NCBI GenBank assembly: GCA_002269645.1
Contig: NIVC01002791.1
Span: 62,001 to 126,000, forward strand
Direction: 5' to 3'
Length of the DNA: 64,000 nucleotides
Source: Macrostomum lignano
Taxonomy: Eukaryota
Shown here: positions 47,601 to 61,244 of the stretch, in pieces
How the letters are laid out: every line of letters starts with the position of its first letter
Numbering within the stretch: the stretch's first letter is position 1
Position numbers and translations under genes: made by a program
Notes under the pieces: model-generated
The model's database searches: none
What the model saw: only the letters and a program-made list of their open reading frames with translations
What the model was told of the DNA's origin: nothing

Positions 47601-50111
47601 CGGAGATTTTCTTGGCCGGATCCAGCGACTCCAACGGCGCCTCGGCCGTCCGGCCGGTCAGCCAATCTGCCGGACGCATGGCCGGCTGCCGGCCCGGACA
47701 GTCCGGAAACAGGTCCGCGTGGAAACTGGACACAGTCTGTACGGGGAGAATTCAGGATAAAGTCTTTACTGTCATTCCAGCCTCTCTATTAGCAATGCTA
47801 AGATAAAAAGACAATGCGCACCTTTCTTGGCACACGATAGCTGACCAGTCGGACCGACTTATTAGTAACCATGGCAACACGATTTACTTCGCACCGGCCA
47901 ACGTCTAGACTGAATTTATCGACTAGGGCCAGGTCGAGCACCTGCTCATCGGGCAGCAGGAACCGATCGCCTGAAACACACGATAGAATGAGAGACTGAA
48001 TGCACTTAGAGAATACGCAAGCAATTTCCAAGAAAACATACGAATGGCAAAACTCGGCCGATCATCTGGACCCTCCAGTTCGGCGAATGTCACAGACTCG
48101 TCGCCCTGAATAATTGCGAGTGAATTTACTAATTAGATTGCCAACTGCATGTGCAAAGTGATAATCTGAAACAGATCAACTTCTTGACCTGACACTTCGA
48201 CGCATCATCATATCTACATCCAAAAATTTTTTAACCACTCCAACTTGCCGCCATAAGCTACTCCACATACCCTCATTATCTACCCCCTCCATCTACCCTG
48301 CATCTATCCCCCTCCATCTAACTTCCCCTCCATCTACCTACACCTAGCCTCCCCCTCCATCTACCCTCCATCTACCCTACATCTACCCTCCCCCTCCATC
48401 TACCTGCACCTACCCTCCCCTCCATATATCTACACCTACCCTCCCCATCCATCTACCCTACCTCTATCACCCTCTATCTACCCTACATCTACCCGCCTCT
48501 ATCTACCTTACATCTATCCTCTCCATCTCCCCTCGCCTCCACCAGCCGCGCTCACCGGGGCAGCCCAGAACAGCATGCCGGTGTGCCAGTCCGCTAGCAG
48601 CTTCGCCGGCTCGCCGCCTCGCCGTCCCGCCCTGCCGAGCGATTCGCTGGCAAGTGCCGGCGCGGCGGCGACCCCGGCAGTTCGCGGATCAAACAGGCCG
48701 AGCCGGCGCTCCCTACCAGAAGAGTCGAAGCCGCTCAGAGCGATCAAAGGCGACCCGCCGCCTCCCCCGCCTCCACCGGGTCTCTGCAGGCAGCGCGCCA
48801 GACTCGGCTGCTCCGCTGACATGCCTGGCGCTTTCCAACTGGCGCCAGATGCTGACGAAGCCGGCGCTACCCGCGGATCCCACAGCCGGACAGCGGCGCC
48901 GGACGACACGGCCAACTGGCCGCTGTCCGAGGTCCAAGCGACCGAATGCAGCTCGCCAATGCCGACATCCGCAATGTCCAACACGGACTTTCCAGCTTCC
49001 ACATCGATGAGGCTCAGCCTAGGCGAGGAGGCGCCACAGGCGGCCAGAAGGTGACCAGCTGAAGGCGAGAATTGCAGCCGGCTGATCGGCAACGAGCCGG
49101 CATCGATGAGTTGGCGCAGCTGCACAGCAGCAGCGGAGGAGTCGGGCTTCGGCGAAGACACGGACAGCAGGGCGAGGCGGCCATCGGCTGTGGCTGCCGC
49201 TGCCAGTGTTGAATCGTCGTCGGCGGCGCTGAACGGGCTGAGCTGCAGGTCGGACAGCTGGCCTTTTAAAAAAAGGCGATAAATAATCAAAACCTGTTCA
49301 TGATTGCGCTTGTAAAATTTGTTTTAGCCTACTTACAGTAGGTGAGTAGTACATAATTTTAGGCTGTGCTCTAGAAAATTTCGAGCGTTAACTCTAAGGG
49401 TAGTTTCAGTTTTAGCATCAGATTTAGCTTCAGGTTTAGCTTCAGGGGTAGCTTCATGTGTAGCTGCAGGGGAAACTTCAGGCGCAACTTCAGGTGCAGC
49501 TTCAGGGGTAGCTTCATGTGTAGCTTCAGATTTAGCTTCAGGGATAGCTTCAGGTGTAGCTTCAGATTTAGCTTCAGGGGTAGCTTTAGGTGTAGCTGCA
49601 GTTGTATCTTCAGGGCGTTCAGGGCCCCGGCTTTGCGGAGAGAAGAACTAGCTGAATTGAGGCGCCAGCACCAGAGGCGCCAGCACCAGAGGCGCCAGCA
49701 CCAGAGGCGCCAGCACCAGAGGCGCCAGCACCAGAGGCGCCAGCACCAGAGGCGCCAGCACCAGAGGCGCCAGCACCAGAGGCGCCAGCACCAGAGGCGC
49801 CAGCACCAGAGGGGTTCCGAAAGCCACTGTTCAAGAATAGGACAGATACAAATAATAAAATATTCACTAGGCCTAATCTTACCCGATATTCCCCCGGCAA
49901 CTGAGACGGGCTGCAGAGAGGCTGCCTCATCGGCCAGCTGCCACAAGCACAGCCTGGAGCAGCTGGTTGCCAGCAGGACTCCGCGGTTGCAGGCAACGAG
50001 CTCGGGACCTTCAGTGCAGGCGGCCAGTCCAATCTGAGCAAATTTAACAGCTTGAGCCGGCTGCTCGGCAGCTTGGGCATTCTTGTACTTTGAGACCGGT
50101 TTGCGCCACAT
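44620..50111 (-). CDS. CORO7: Coronin-7 (tandem coronin, POD-1-like), 8 exons, ~1010 aa
   Basis: Exons 50111-49883, 49262-48556, 48105-48042, 47970-47822, 47736-47019, 46568-46105, 45728-45408 and 45000-44620. All introns are GT-AG and phases are consistent (3033 nt in total). N-terminus SKYKNA, two coronin halves (VPRK..FHADLFPD; VPR...FQDDLL), WD40 segment GHS...WHPRASHLLAS, acidic C-terminus PLPQDLMEGADSDEW. Confidence 0.93.
45050..45400. repeat. 21-bp minisatellite in CORO7 intron 7
   Basis: (AAAAGCTAAGGTCACGACCCG)n, about 15 units. Confidence 0.9.
46628..46770. promoter_or_regulatory. Five ~30-bp repeats, each with a CRE-like and a MEF2-like site, in CORO7 intron 5
   Basis: TGACGTCA at 46628 and 46658, variants at 46687, 46717 and 46747. 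CTAAAAATAG at 46670 and 46699, with variants in the other units. Confidence 0.5.
48270..48530. repeat. C/T-rich degenerate repeat (CATCTACCCT) in CORO7 intron 2
   Basis: Low-complexity tandem units. Confidence 0.8.
49400..49812. repeat. 12-bp (TAGCTTCAGGKG) and 15-bp (GCCAGCACCAGAGGC) arrays in CORO7 intron 1
   Basis: 12-bp units at ~49400-49615 and about 10 perfect 15-bp units at ~49660-49812. Confidence 0.9.
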
Positions 50112-50317
50112 GATGTCTGTGCTTCACTACTGTCAGTAATGGATTTATCAGCTCAACAGATGCTGCTACTGCAATAAATACAGATTGGCTTTATTTATTT
50201 GGGTTTGTGACTGAAAACGTTATTCGCTCATTTATTGCAATAGTTTGCTATTTCAAAATTGATCACCTGCAAGTTGAAACGCTTGGAATAACGCTAACTG
50301 CTACGATAGACAGACAG

Positions 50318-51690
50318 AGATAGAGGCAGATGTGTAGACTGAAAAAAAAACAGACACACAGACAGCAGACAGTCAAAAACAAACAGACAGCAGGCAGTTA
50401 AAAACAGACAGACAGCAGGCAGTCGAAAAACAGACAGACAGCAGGCAGTCGAAAAACAGACAGACAGCAGGCAGTCAAAGAGAGACAGCAGGCAGTAAAA
50501 AACAGACGGACAGCAGATAGTTAAAAACAGACAGACAGCAGGCAATCAAAAAGAGACAGCAGGCAGTAAAAAACAGACAGACAGCAGACAGTCAAAAACA
50601 GACAGACAGCAGACAGTCAAAAACAGACAGACATACACTCAAAAACAGACAGACAGCAGACAGTCAAAACCGACAGACATACAGTCAAAAAAGACATACA
50701 ACAGACAATCAAAAACAGACAGACAGCAGACAGTCAGAAACAGACAGGCAGCAGACAGTCAAAAACAGACAGACATACACTCAAAAACAGACAGACAGCA
50801 GACAGTCAAAACCGACAGACATACAGTCAAAAAAGACATACAACAGACAATCAAAAACAGACAGACAGCAGACAGTCAGAAACAGACAGACAGCAGACAG
50901 TCAAAAACAGACAGACATACACTCAAAAACAGACAGACAGCAGACAGTCAAAACCGACAGACATACAGTCAAAAAAGACATACAACAGACAATCAAAAAC
51001 AGACAGACAGCAGACAGTCAGAAACAGACAGACAGCAGACAGTCAAAAACAGACAGACATACACTCAAAAACAGACAGACAGCAGACAGTCAAAACCGAC
51101 AGACATACAGTCAAAAAAGACATACAACAGACAATCAAAAACAGACAGACAGCAGACAGTCAGAAACAGACAGACAGCAGACAGTCAAAAACAGACAGAC
51201 ATACACTCAAAAACAGACAGACAGCAGACAGTCAAAACCGACAGCCATACAGTCAAAAAAGACATACAACAGACAATCAAAAACAGACAGACAGCAGACA
51301 GTCAGAAACAGACAGACAGCAGACAGTCAAAAACAGACAGACAGCAGGCAGTCAAAAACAGACAGACAGCAGGCAGTCAAAAACAGACAGACATACACTC
51401 AAAAACAGACAGACAGCAGACAGTCAAAACCGACAGACATACAGTCAAAAAAGACATACAACAGACAATCAAAAACAGACAGACAGCAGACAGTCAGAAA
51501 CAGACAGACAGCAGACAGTCAAAAACAGACAGACAGCAGGCAGTCAAAAACAGACAGACAGCAGGCAGTCGAAAACAGACAGACAGACCGCCAAAAACAG
51601 ACACAAGTAATAAGCAAACAAACAGACGGACAGGAAGACATAAACAGACATACAGACAAACAGGCACAGACAAGAAGACATACGCAGACA
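50318..51690. repeat. (ACAG)n-derived complex satellite with a 142-bp higher-order repeat
   Basis: The marker aaaaccgacag recurs at about 50669, 50811, 50953, 51095 and 51237. Confidence 0.9.
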
Positions 51691-52209
51691 GGCAGCCATG
51701 CACACAGCAGTGAGGTTCCTAACGGACCTACTGGCACGTACACTGGCATGAACAGAATATTAACAGAAGTCTATAAAAATGATACAAAACACTACACATA
51801 ATTTTGTAGATCACATCCAATTCTGTGGCAAAATCGGAATCAAATTTTTAAGCCACAGAACCGCGTGCTCCACTTTGGAAAAGTTTATTCCCTTTTTGAG
51901 GAATTAAAAAAGTGATAAATTATAAAAACAACACAAACCTGATAGGTGATGCCTCCCCCAGACGAACAATTAAGGAAAGACGCAGAATAAGGTGCAAAAA
52001 CAATTACAGATAAACCATTACAAATGGTAATAGTAATAAAAATAATTAATCACAACATTATCCAAAACGCATGCATCTATAAATCTAGACAATTTTTTAA
52101 TTCCAGGCACAAGTGGCAAAAAAGGCAATAGGAATTTCATTCACGTGGAAGAACAGAACATGATTTTACATTTCCAGTAAAATTAAATACTCCAGACAAG
52201 CAGACATTA

Positions 52210-53345
52210 CAGGAGACAGGCACACAACTCAGTCACTGAGCCGCTCACTCAGGAAGTGTTCACAGGAGACAGGCACACAATTCAGTCACTGGGCTACTCA
52301 CTCAGGAAGTGTTCACAGGAGACAGGCACACAACTCAGTCACTGAGCCGCTCACTCAGGAAGTGTTCACAGGAGACAGGCACACAACTCAGTCACTGAGC
52401 CGCTCACTCAGGAAGTGTTCACAGGAGACAGACACAACTCAGTCACTGAGCCGCTCACTCAGAAAGTGTTCACAGGAGACAGGCACACAACTCAGTCACT
52501 GGGCTACTCACTCAGGAAGTGTTCACAGGAGACAGACACACAGCTCAGTCACTGGGCTACTCACTCAGGAAGTGTTCACAGGAGACAGGCACACAACTCA
52601 GTCACTGAGCTACTCACTCAGAAAGTGTTCACAGGAGACAGGCACACAGCTCAGTCACTGAGCCGCTCACTCAGGAAGTGTTCACAGGAGACAGGCACAC
52701 AACTCAGTCACTGAGCTACTCACTCAGGAAGTGTTTACAGGAGACAGACACAACTCAGTCACTGAGCTACTCACTCAGAAAGTGTTCACAGGAGACAGGC
52801 ACACAGCTCAGTCACTGAATCGCTCACTCAGGAAGTGTTCACAGGAGACAGACACACAGCTCAGTCACTGAGCTACTGACTCAGAAAGTGTTCACAGGAG
52901 ACAGACACAACTCAGTCACTGAGCCACTCAATCAGGAAGTGTTCACAGGAGACAGACACACAGCTCAGTCACTGGGCTACTCACTCAGGAAGTGTTCACA
53001 GGAGACAGGCACACAGCTCAGTCACTGAGCCGCTCACTCAGGAAGAATCCACAGGAGACAGGCACACAATTCAGTCACTGAGCCGCTCACTCAGGAAGTG
53101 TTCACAGGAGACAGGCACACAACTCAGTCACTGAGCCGCTCACTCAGGAAGTGTTCACAGGAGACAGGAACACAGCTCAGTCACTGGGCTACTCACTCAC
53201 GTGTTCACAGGAGACAGACACACAGCTCAGTCACTGAGCCGCTCACTCAGGAAGTGTTCACAGGAGACAGGCACACAGCTCAGTCACTGAGCCACTCACT
53301 AAGGAAGTGTTCACAGGAGACAGGCACACAACTCAGTCACTAAGG
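52210..53345. repeat. 56-bp minisatellite
   Basis: About 20 units of GTTCACAGGAGACAGGCACACAACTCAGTCACTGAGCCGCTCACTCAGGAAGT with minor variants. Confidence 0.95.
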
Positions 53346-54019
53346 CACTACTTAGCCACAGTAATCACTTATTGAACATAGAAAATAATGTATTTAGTAG
53401 AAAATAAGATATTTCAAACACAGATTATGGCATAAAGGATTGCAAAAATAGCATATATATAGAGGCGTGTTGGAACATCCGAGCTATCTGGATATGGGCC
53501 TACTATTAGTAGTAGGCTAACGTGGAGGAAACATAAAACAAACTTGGACCAATCTGGTTTTCGGTGCATTGATTTGGCTAATCAAGCAGAAATATTGTAT
53601 AATGGAACATCAAACTAATACGAGTTCATCATCTTTCATTCGTTGCACGCCCCAACCATGCACACGGAGAAGCAGAGCTGATAAGCGCACCGCCTTACTC
53701 AGATTGTGCAGCTGCAAATATATTGTATTCAAGTCTATTTTACAGAAAAATTATAGCAAATAAAATCAAATTACTTGCTTAATTGAAACACAGATTTGCT
53801 ATAAACATGATATAAAGTGTACCAGTTTCGATAACAACGAATAATAACTGGTGGCTTACGGTCAACAACACCCGTAGGTAATTATACTCATAACCAAATA
53901 ATGGGGAATTAAAAACCAACAATAGCATTTTTGAAAATTCGTGCATATATTAGAGGGTGACTGAGTAACGTGTTCTCAAGATTACATGTTTGAGGTTACA
54001 GAACTGAGGCTGCATACTT

Positions 54020-54815
54020 AAAGCTACCTGAGGCTACCTACCTGAGGCTATCTAACTGAGGCTACTATCTGAGGCTACTACCCGAGGCTACGTACCTGAG
54101 GCTATCTACCTGAAGCTACCTACCTGAGGCTACTACCTGAAGCTACCTACCTGAGACTACTACCCGAGGCTACGTACCTGAGGCTACCTACCTGAGGCTA
54201 TCTACCTGAGGCTACTATCTGAGGCTACTACCCGAGGCTACGTACCTGAGGCAATCTACCTGAAGCTACCTACCTGAGGCTATCTACCTGAAGCTACCTA
54301 CCTGAGACTACCTACCTGAGACTACCTACCTGAGGCTACGTACTTGAGGCTACCTACCTGAGGCTACTACTTGAGGCTACCTACCTGAGGCTACCTAGCT
54401 GAGGCTACCTAGCCGAGGCTACCTACCTGAGGCTACCTACCTGAGGCTACTACCTGAGGCTACCTACCTGAGGCTACCTAGCTGAGGCTACCTACCTGAG
54501 GCTACGTACTTGAGGCTACCTACCTGAGGCTACTACCTGAGGCTACCTACCTGAGGCTACCTACCTGAGGCTACCTACCTGAGGCTACGTACTTGAGGCT
54601 ACCTACCTGAGGCTACTACCTGAGGCTACCTACCTGAGGCTACGTACTTGAGGCTACCTACCTGAGGCTACCTACCTGAGGCTACCTAGCTGAGGCTACC
54701 TACCTGAGGCTACGTACTTGAGGCTACCTACCTGAGGCTACTACATGTACCTGAGGCTACTACCTGAGGCTACCTACCTGAGGCTACCTACTTGAAGCTA
54801 CGCACTTGAGGCTAC
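54020..54815. repeat. 10/14-bp minisatellite (CTACCTGAGG / CTACCTACCTGAGG)
   Basis: About 60 units. Confidence 0.95.
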
Positions 54816-54965
54816 TCAAAATGATTTCCGAAGTGTTTCAACTGAATTTCTAACTCAAGCATTACCAGTTTCAACACTATAAATTTATGCTATTGTTGAC
54901 AAGAGATTGTTGACAAGAGAATCGTCATCAAGAGACATGAAAAAGTCAGTAGCCGCAGCACTATA

Positions 54966-56858
54966 CTACGCATCAGGCCTCCGCTCAACGCTGCCGTACC
55001 CGTTCGGGCCATCATTCTTAGCGGCCAATTTTCTACGCTGCCCAATCCTGACTGGCAGCAGGCAGAGCGTCAGCAGGAAGGCCACAGCAGCGAAGCCGCC
55101 AATGCCGAAGCCCTCAATCTCGCGGAAGAACTTCATACAGATATCGCCGCCAGGTCGCATATGCGGCTGCGTGTGCTGCACAATCCAAACCGTCACTCCA
55201 TTAGCCAGCTTGTCAACTAAGCTCATACAGCCGTAGACAAACGCTGAGCTATCCCTGTCCGGGCCAATCAGATCCGCTGTCAGAGACATGGACATTATCA
55301 TGATAATTGAACTGCCAATGCCCAAGGACAATGCCGGGAATGCTAACTGCCATGGCGTGACCGTGTCGGGCTGCACCAGGTAGGCACTGGCTGAGAAGCC
55401 GCCAATCAAAGCCAAGCCAAGCAGGTTGGCCACTTTGCTGCAGTTTGAAATTAATTAATAACCCAACAAGTAGTTAAGCCAAGCACCGGTGTAGATACGG
55501 ATGAATGCCAAATAAATTTCAATTCTTCTCAATGTCAGAAATGAAAAACTATAATCTATAATATCAATAATTGCAAGCAGGTCTGTGGACTAAATCAAGC
55601 GAAGACAGTAACAGTAAAGAACGGGGCCAGGCTCGATTCCAAGTGCAGTCACATTAATTTGGGACTGAATTGGAATCTCGGCTTGGCTCTGCTCGTGCAA
55701 TTAACGGCCTTAAGAGCCAACCCCCCAAGGCGCAGTGAAGTGTACATGCCTAACGATAAAATAAAGTTATGGCCGCTGTACACTCCTGTGTGTGTGCCTG
55801 CGTACGTATCTGCGCGCTTGTATGCCTGCTCAGGGGAGTCGGCGGAATGGGCAGTAATGCCTCTCGCCGGTTGTGTGCCTATGTCGCTTAGTGTACCAGG
55901 GTGCACACAACCCCCCTGCCTCTAATAAAAAAAACAGTAAAGAACGGATACAAGTGCACCAATAAAAATTTGACCATTTTAGCGACTCTAGACCTACGAG
56001 ATTTCACGGTACAAGTCGTCAAAGAGTCGACCAAATGTCAATTTGAAACGTTTTATTGACTACATGAGTCAGAAACGACTCCGGATACGTAGAGTTGTGT
56101 TTGAAGCGCACGCACGGGGAATGGTGGTATAGCGTCAAACTCAGACGTGTTAAATGCTGCAATGTACTTAAAACATAGGATAATAAATTTTCTCGGACTC
56201 ACCGGTTCCTGCCTAGAGCGTGGCAAGTCTCAATCAAGACGCTAGTAAGCATACTAACAAAGTACACAACTAAAGGCACAATAGCAATCCAAGCCTTGTG
56301 CAATCCGAACGATTCTGTAACCAGAAGCGGCAGGTAAACTTGAGCAACATTAATTATCAGCCGGGTGAGCATGTACAGAGTGCCGATGGCATAGAACTGT
56401 GGCTCCTTTAGCCAGTCCAACGAGAGCATCTTGGTACAGGCAGCGGTGGACGCTGAGCTTGTAGCAGCTGCTAGCGGTCGATCCTCGACGCCGTCATCGA
56501 CTTCCTCTGCGTCATTGATGCCGGCGCGATTGTCGTTGACTTCGACTGTTGAATTTGGCACCTCCTTTAGCACGAGATGAAACAGCAGGGTGCACAGGCT
56601 GCCAAGACTGCAGACTATGAATACTAAGTAGCGAAAACTCTCGGCATCAGCCGGACTCAGCTGGCCTGAGTCGTCGTCCTGCTTGCCAGTTTCAAGTTCG
56701 TTAAATTTCAATAGTAGAAATGCGCTGAGGTACACAACAATATTGCTGGCCACGGTGAAAGCGAATCGGATTGAATTTAAACGAGTCCGTTCAGTGTCCG
56801 TCTCCGCTAGTTGAGGTATCAACGACAGGTGCGAATTTTGGACGGCGGCCCAGCCAAA
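54966..56858 (-). CDS. MFSD12: MFSD12-like major facilitator transporter, two 3' exons (5' part not in window)
   Basis: Exons 56858-56203 and 55437-54966 with consistent phase 2. Motifs FGWAAVQNSHLSLIP, RFAFTVASNIVVY, YMLTRLIINVAQVYLPL and TADLIG...SSAFVYGCMSLVDKLANG match MFSD12. Confidence 0.9.
55625..55935 (+). mobile_element. Dispersed SINE-like repeat, copy 2, inside an MFSD12 intron
   Basis: Homologous to 38860-39115. Ends in aataaaaaaa. Confidence 0.6.
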
Positions 56859-59800
56859 CTTAAAAAAAGGCATTTTTAAGGAGAGGATGTGTGTGTGTCT
56901 ATGAAACAGGTAAGGATAAAGCGACTATGAGGTAATTTAAGTCCAGCATAGGAACAGTGGTTAAAGATTTCAAATTTGCAAACCACCGGAAAAAAATAAT
57001 TTAATTTAAAAGAGTCTGTATCGGCCAGAGAAACGAATATTGGATTGTTCTACTTTTTTCAGTAGCAAAATTAGCGTTTTTTGCTATTTTATTGTAGCAG
57101 AGCACATATGCTTTTGCGCTACTATAGGTAGTTTTAGCTTGGTAAATAAATATGGCAGGAATAGATCGAGGAGTTGGGGAGTTCTTTACAATTACAAATA
57201 TCTAGCAGTTGAAGTTCGGGGAGAGAAAGCGGGGAGCTCTTCAGCCGGCCCAGAAGCAATTCTAACTTAGAAAAATAAAAGGGTAAGACCGGGAATAAGA
57301 ATAGGGAATACATAAAACTGTTAGTGCTAGTCTATGCCGTAACAGTGCACAACGGTAGTCAATGTCTAATTTTGCACCAAATTAAGGAATAGTATTTTTA
57401 AGACCTATTGCATGCTCAATTCGATTTTTATTGTTTTACATATTTCAAGTAAAATTTTCTTGGATGTCCATCTTTCAAGATGTAGCTACTAGCTACTAGA
57501 AATCAGGGAATAACAGGCACCTGGTGGCAGAAATCTACCAACTAAACCAGTAGTCCACTAAGAATAAAGTAGTATAATAAACCAGTAGCCTTACCCGCGG
57601 CTCACGACTTCATTTTAGTGATTTTATCGCAGTTTATATTATAATGGTTCGATCTGTATGTATAATGTCACATAAAAATGTGCACTTTTGACCTTTAAAC
57701 CCACAGATCTCGGAGCACTTAACTACGATGTCATTTGGCGTACAGAAAGAGACGGTTGGTACCTTGTGTCCATTTATAGAGCTTTCGTGCAATTTGCCCA
57801 AAATAGACCAACTATTACCACAAGAGAAAGCAGTTTTATTATTCTGCTTTAAAGGTGAGAAAGTCTTGTCCTGTTTCGAGTTTTTTAATGGATTGCTCCA
57901 CTCGCACATTTAACTCTAAAAAACACAGTCTAAACAAAGGCATTGAAAATTGCAGGACAAAAAGCATGCGCGCCTTATAAGCGATGAACAGGCATCGGCG
58001 CTCATGGCTTTTAAGAGGCAGTAGCTGGTCAAAGCTGAAGCCGAAGAAGCTCAGGCCAAAGGCATAAGCGGCAAGGAGATGCTTGCTTTTGGGATGGTCA
58101 TTTGTTTCGGCGAGGGAAACGCTAACCGACAGGATGTAGAATGCAATTTTACATTGCAGGAGGTGCGGCAATGGGCCGAGCACCCTGAGAATAAACTATG
58201 GGTGAGCTTCCAACAGTGACACTTTGTTTTTTTATCGACTAAAGTCGTTAATAAACATTACATGTTCCATTAATCAACCCGCATAAACTTATGATAGTCA
58301 GTTTCTAGGACAGTTACAATTCACAGAAAGGTCCCTTTCAAATAGTGTGCTTTGTGGTAGGGCGAACTACCACTGGACTTTGACGGCTTACCTTACATGA
58401 CTCACGCAGTGACGTAAATTTTTTTTCGGTGTTGGTCGTCCCGCCTTTGGCCCTTTTGGTAGTTTTCCCCGTCCCCCTGCTGGCCCATCTTTTGCCCCTT
58501 CCGTTGGCCCGTCTGTTGGCCTCGTTTTCCCGTTCCCTGGTTCTTCTTGGGTTTTCTGTGCCTTTTCCGTTGCCCCATCTGTTGCCCCAAGCACCGGTTT
58601 AATATTTTTCCCGTCATATTTATATGGCTCGGAACGGGCCGCACCGTTTGCATGCCTTGCCTCTCCTCTCCTTTTTGTGCTTTGCCTGTTCCTTTTCTTT
58701 AGCGTTTAGTTTTGTTACTCAGTTGTATATACCCACGCGACTTTAACTTCATTAGCTTGCGTAAACTTGTTTAACCTTCATTAACCATATTTACTCCGCA
58801 CCACGGTACAGCCGGAACTCTCGTTCGTAGCCAGCGAACGGCCAATTTTATTTTAATAATATCTAATAAAAACATTAATCAATATTTATTCGTTTAATTC
58901 ACTAAGCCCATTGCTTTAAATTGAGTTATTTGCCCGTGAGGCGTAAACAACCAAAAGTTTCTAATATCAAAGAAAGCTCTGAGAATTCAACGTTCCGTAA
59001 TACGTAAATTACGGTGGTGGCAGCGCTACTCTACTAATAGTAACCAGCGAAGCATTTCGACGTACATTGAACTTCGGTGTCTAGGACCCAATTGGAACGA
59101 CCGTGTCTAACGAAGACCGCTCGACTGCGATTACGACTACCCTCCCCCCCCCCGGAACTGAGGACCCGGCAGACGGAGTATTTAGGGGGAACCCCTTTCA
59201 GATTCGACTGCACGATTTTCCGGAATTCTTCGTGCGAACTCAACGCCGGTGGCATTTCAAATTTGTCAACCCGCCCAAGTCTCAAAGAATTTTACTGCTC
59301 TTCCTCCGCCCCCACCTCAAGCTTTATAGATCAGATAATTTTGTTAAGCCAAAAAGTGAATAATTATTTTTACGATTTCTCTAAAGCTGCGCAATGTTTT
59401 TTAATTTAATTCAGGTGGCCAAACACAAGACGATGCAGTACGTTGGCGCAGCGAAAGAAAACGTAACATGAGTGCCGCAGCCTGATTTTACGCCTGCTTC
59501 AACGACGCGAGAGCCAAAGCCCAACTGCCGTAGGACGCTGCAAGTCCATTCATCAAGTTTAAGTATGGCAGCTTCGAAGGTATGTTCCGTGGACATAGGA
59601 CTTATTTCAGCGAGTTCTTACACAATGTGACATGTACAAGATTTCGTGCGTTCATTTAAACAAAAGTAAGTATTGCTGTTCCTTAATTTTGAAAAAAATT
59701 ACAAACAATTATTTTGTCTGCTTTTTACTTCTTATCGCTGCGAATCAGCGAACTCTTCCCAATTATTATTATTGTGACCTAGCGAATGTACAGTCGACAA

Positions 59801-61244
59801 GCGAGGGATATTTATGTATATTTAGTCATAAATTATTTACACTAATAAATAATGTCTTTAATCTTTATTTTCCTTATGGTCAGAAATAAAAAATCCATTT
59901 TTTATTAATTTATATTAACTTACATTCATAATATCATTTGTAATGCATCTGGTTTGCAGGGCGTGATGCAATTTGGCGCAGACTGGGGGGGTTGGCGGCC
60001 GAGCTTTGTGCGTGCCCCTCCTTAGCCGTGCGGCCCCTTCCCCCCTAGCCGGGGTTTTGATTGGCTGGCCGGTGGGGCCATCTGCCCCCCAGGCCTGTGT
60101 CGTATTTATTAATTTGCACAGGGTTTTTTGCTCGAACCCGCTAGGGTTTGCCGTTCCCCTCGTACTGCAACCTTGAGAAAAGAGTTGTTTAGCTTCTAAT
60201 AAGACATTTAGTTCTAACAAAGTTTCAAGTTCTACGGCACCACAAATAAGTCGACAAATGACCCAGAAGGGCAAGAGCAAGTAAGAAGCCAGCTTAAACA
60301 CGCATCTGATAACTCGGCCACTGGTAAGACGCCTGCTTGAGTTCAGTCTTTTCTGGGAAGCTTGGTAGACTGCAGGGAATTCCTGCCAGAGCGTCACAAC
60401 GCTGGGAGAGCGGACCCCGTGTACCATACTTACTTCTATCATACTTTACCACAGTATAAGCACCAGAGAGTTTCACAACACCTCTGGAGCAACGCTAATT
60501 CCGAACGTCATCACTCCAGAACGAGCAAATTCCCTACCCAGAGCGTCATAACGCATGACAGTAGTAGTATCGCATTGGCAGAGCGTCACAACGCCTGCTG
60601 GTACAACCTTAGAGTGCCTGGGCTGGGCACCCGAACCGACCCGCGTTAACTACACATTTATGAATGCCCTCTCTATGAATGGCTCTCTTGGCTGGCGCTG
60701 ATAAACAGTTGGTGGCTGACCGTCTGTATCACACTCCAAAAGTGGCACGTGATGCATACCAAGTGCATACGGACCGCTACAGAAGGTGCGGGCAGCGACG
60801 TGCTTATGAAGGCAATTGAAGAGTCGACTGGCCAAGTACCAGTAAGTACGAGTAGAATTCAAAAAAATAATTCCTTTTTTACTAGCTTTTACAAAATTTA
60901 ATTAATTATTAATATTAAGCTGGTGGCCGGCTATGGCTTGCCTGCTACCTATTGGCAGAAAAACCTTCCAGAGTAAGCGGCATGCACGTGCAATTTTTTG
61001 GCAAGCCGCCAACGCGTGGTGGAACGTGTTAAATTTTTTTCTCAACTTTTGCTATATTCTTCATGCTGTTTCTGTTTGTTGTTTTATTTTAATTTATTTT
61101 TATCTTTTTTACTATTCGTACAGTAGTACTTAAGTAGTACATATACTTGGATGCTTTCGAAATTTCAATTTTATTTTCCATTCGGGTCATATGTCCACTA
61201 CATGTATATCGAACTGAAACTTATTATTTCTATTTTATAATCTG

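Noticed and set aside
52210-53345. CRISPR-like look of regular palindromic repeats (also 61245-61470 and 25840-26482)
   Set aside because: Units are contiguous with no unique spacers, there are no cas genes, and the context is eukaryotic.
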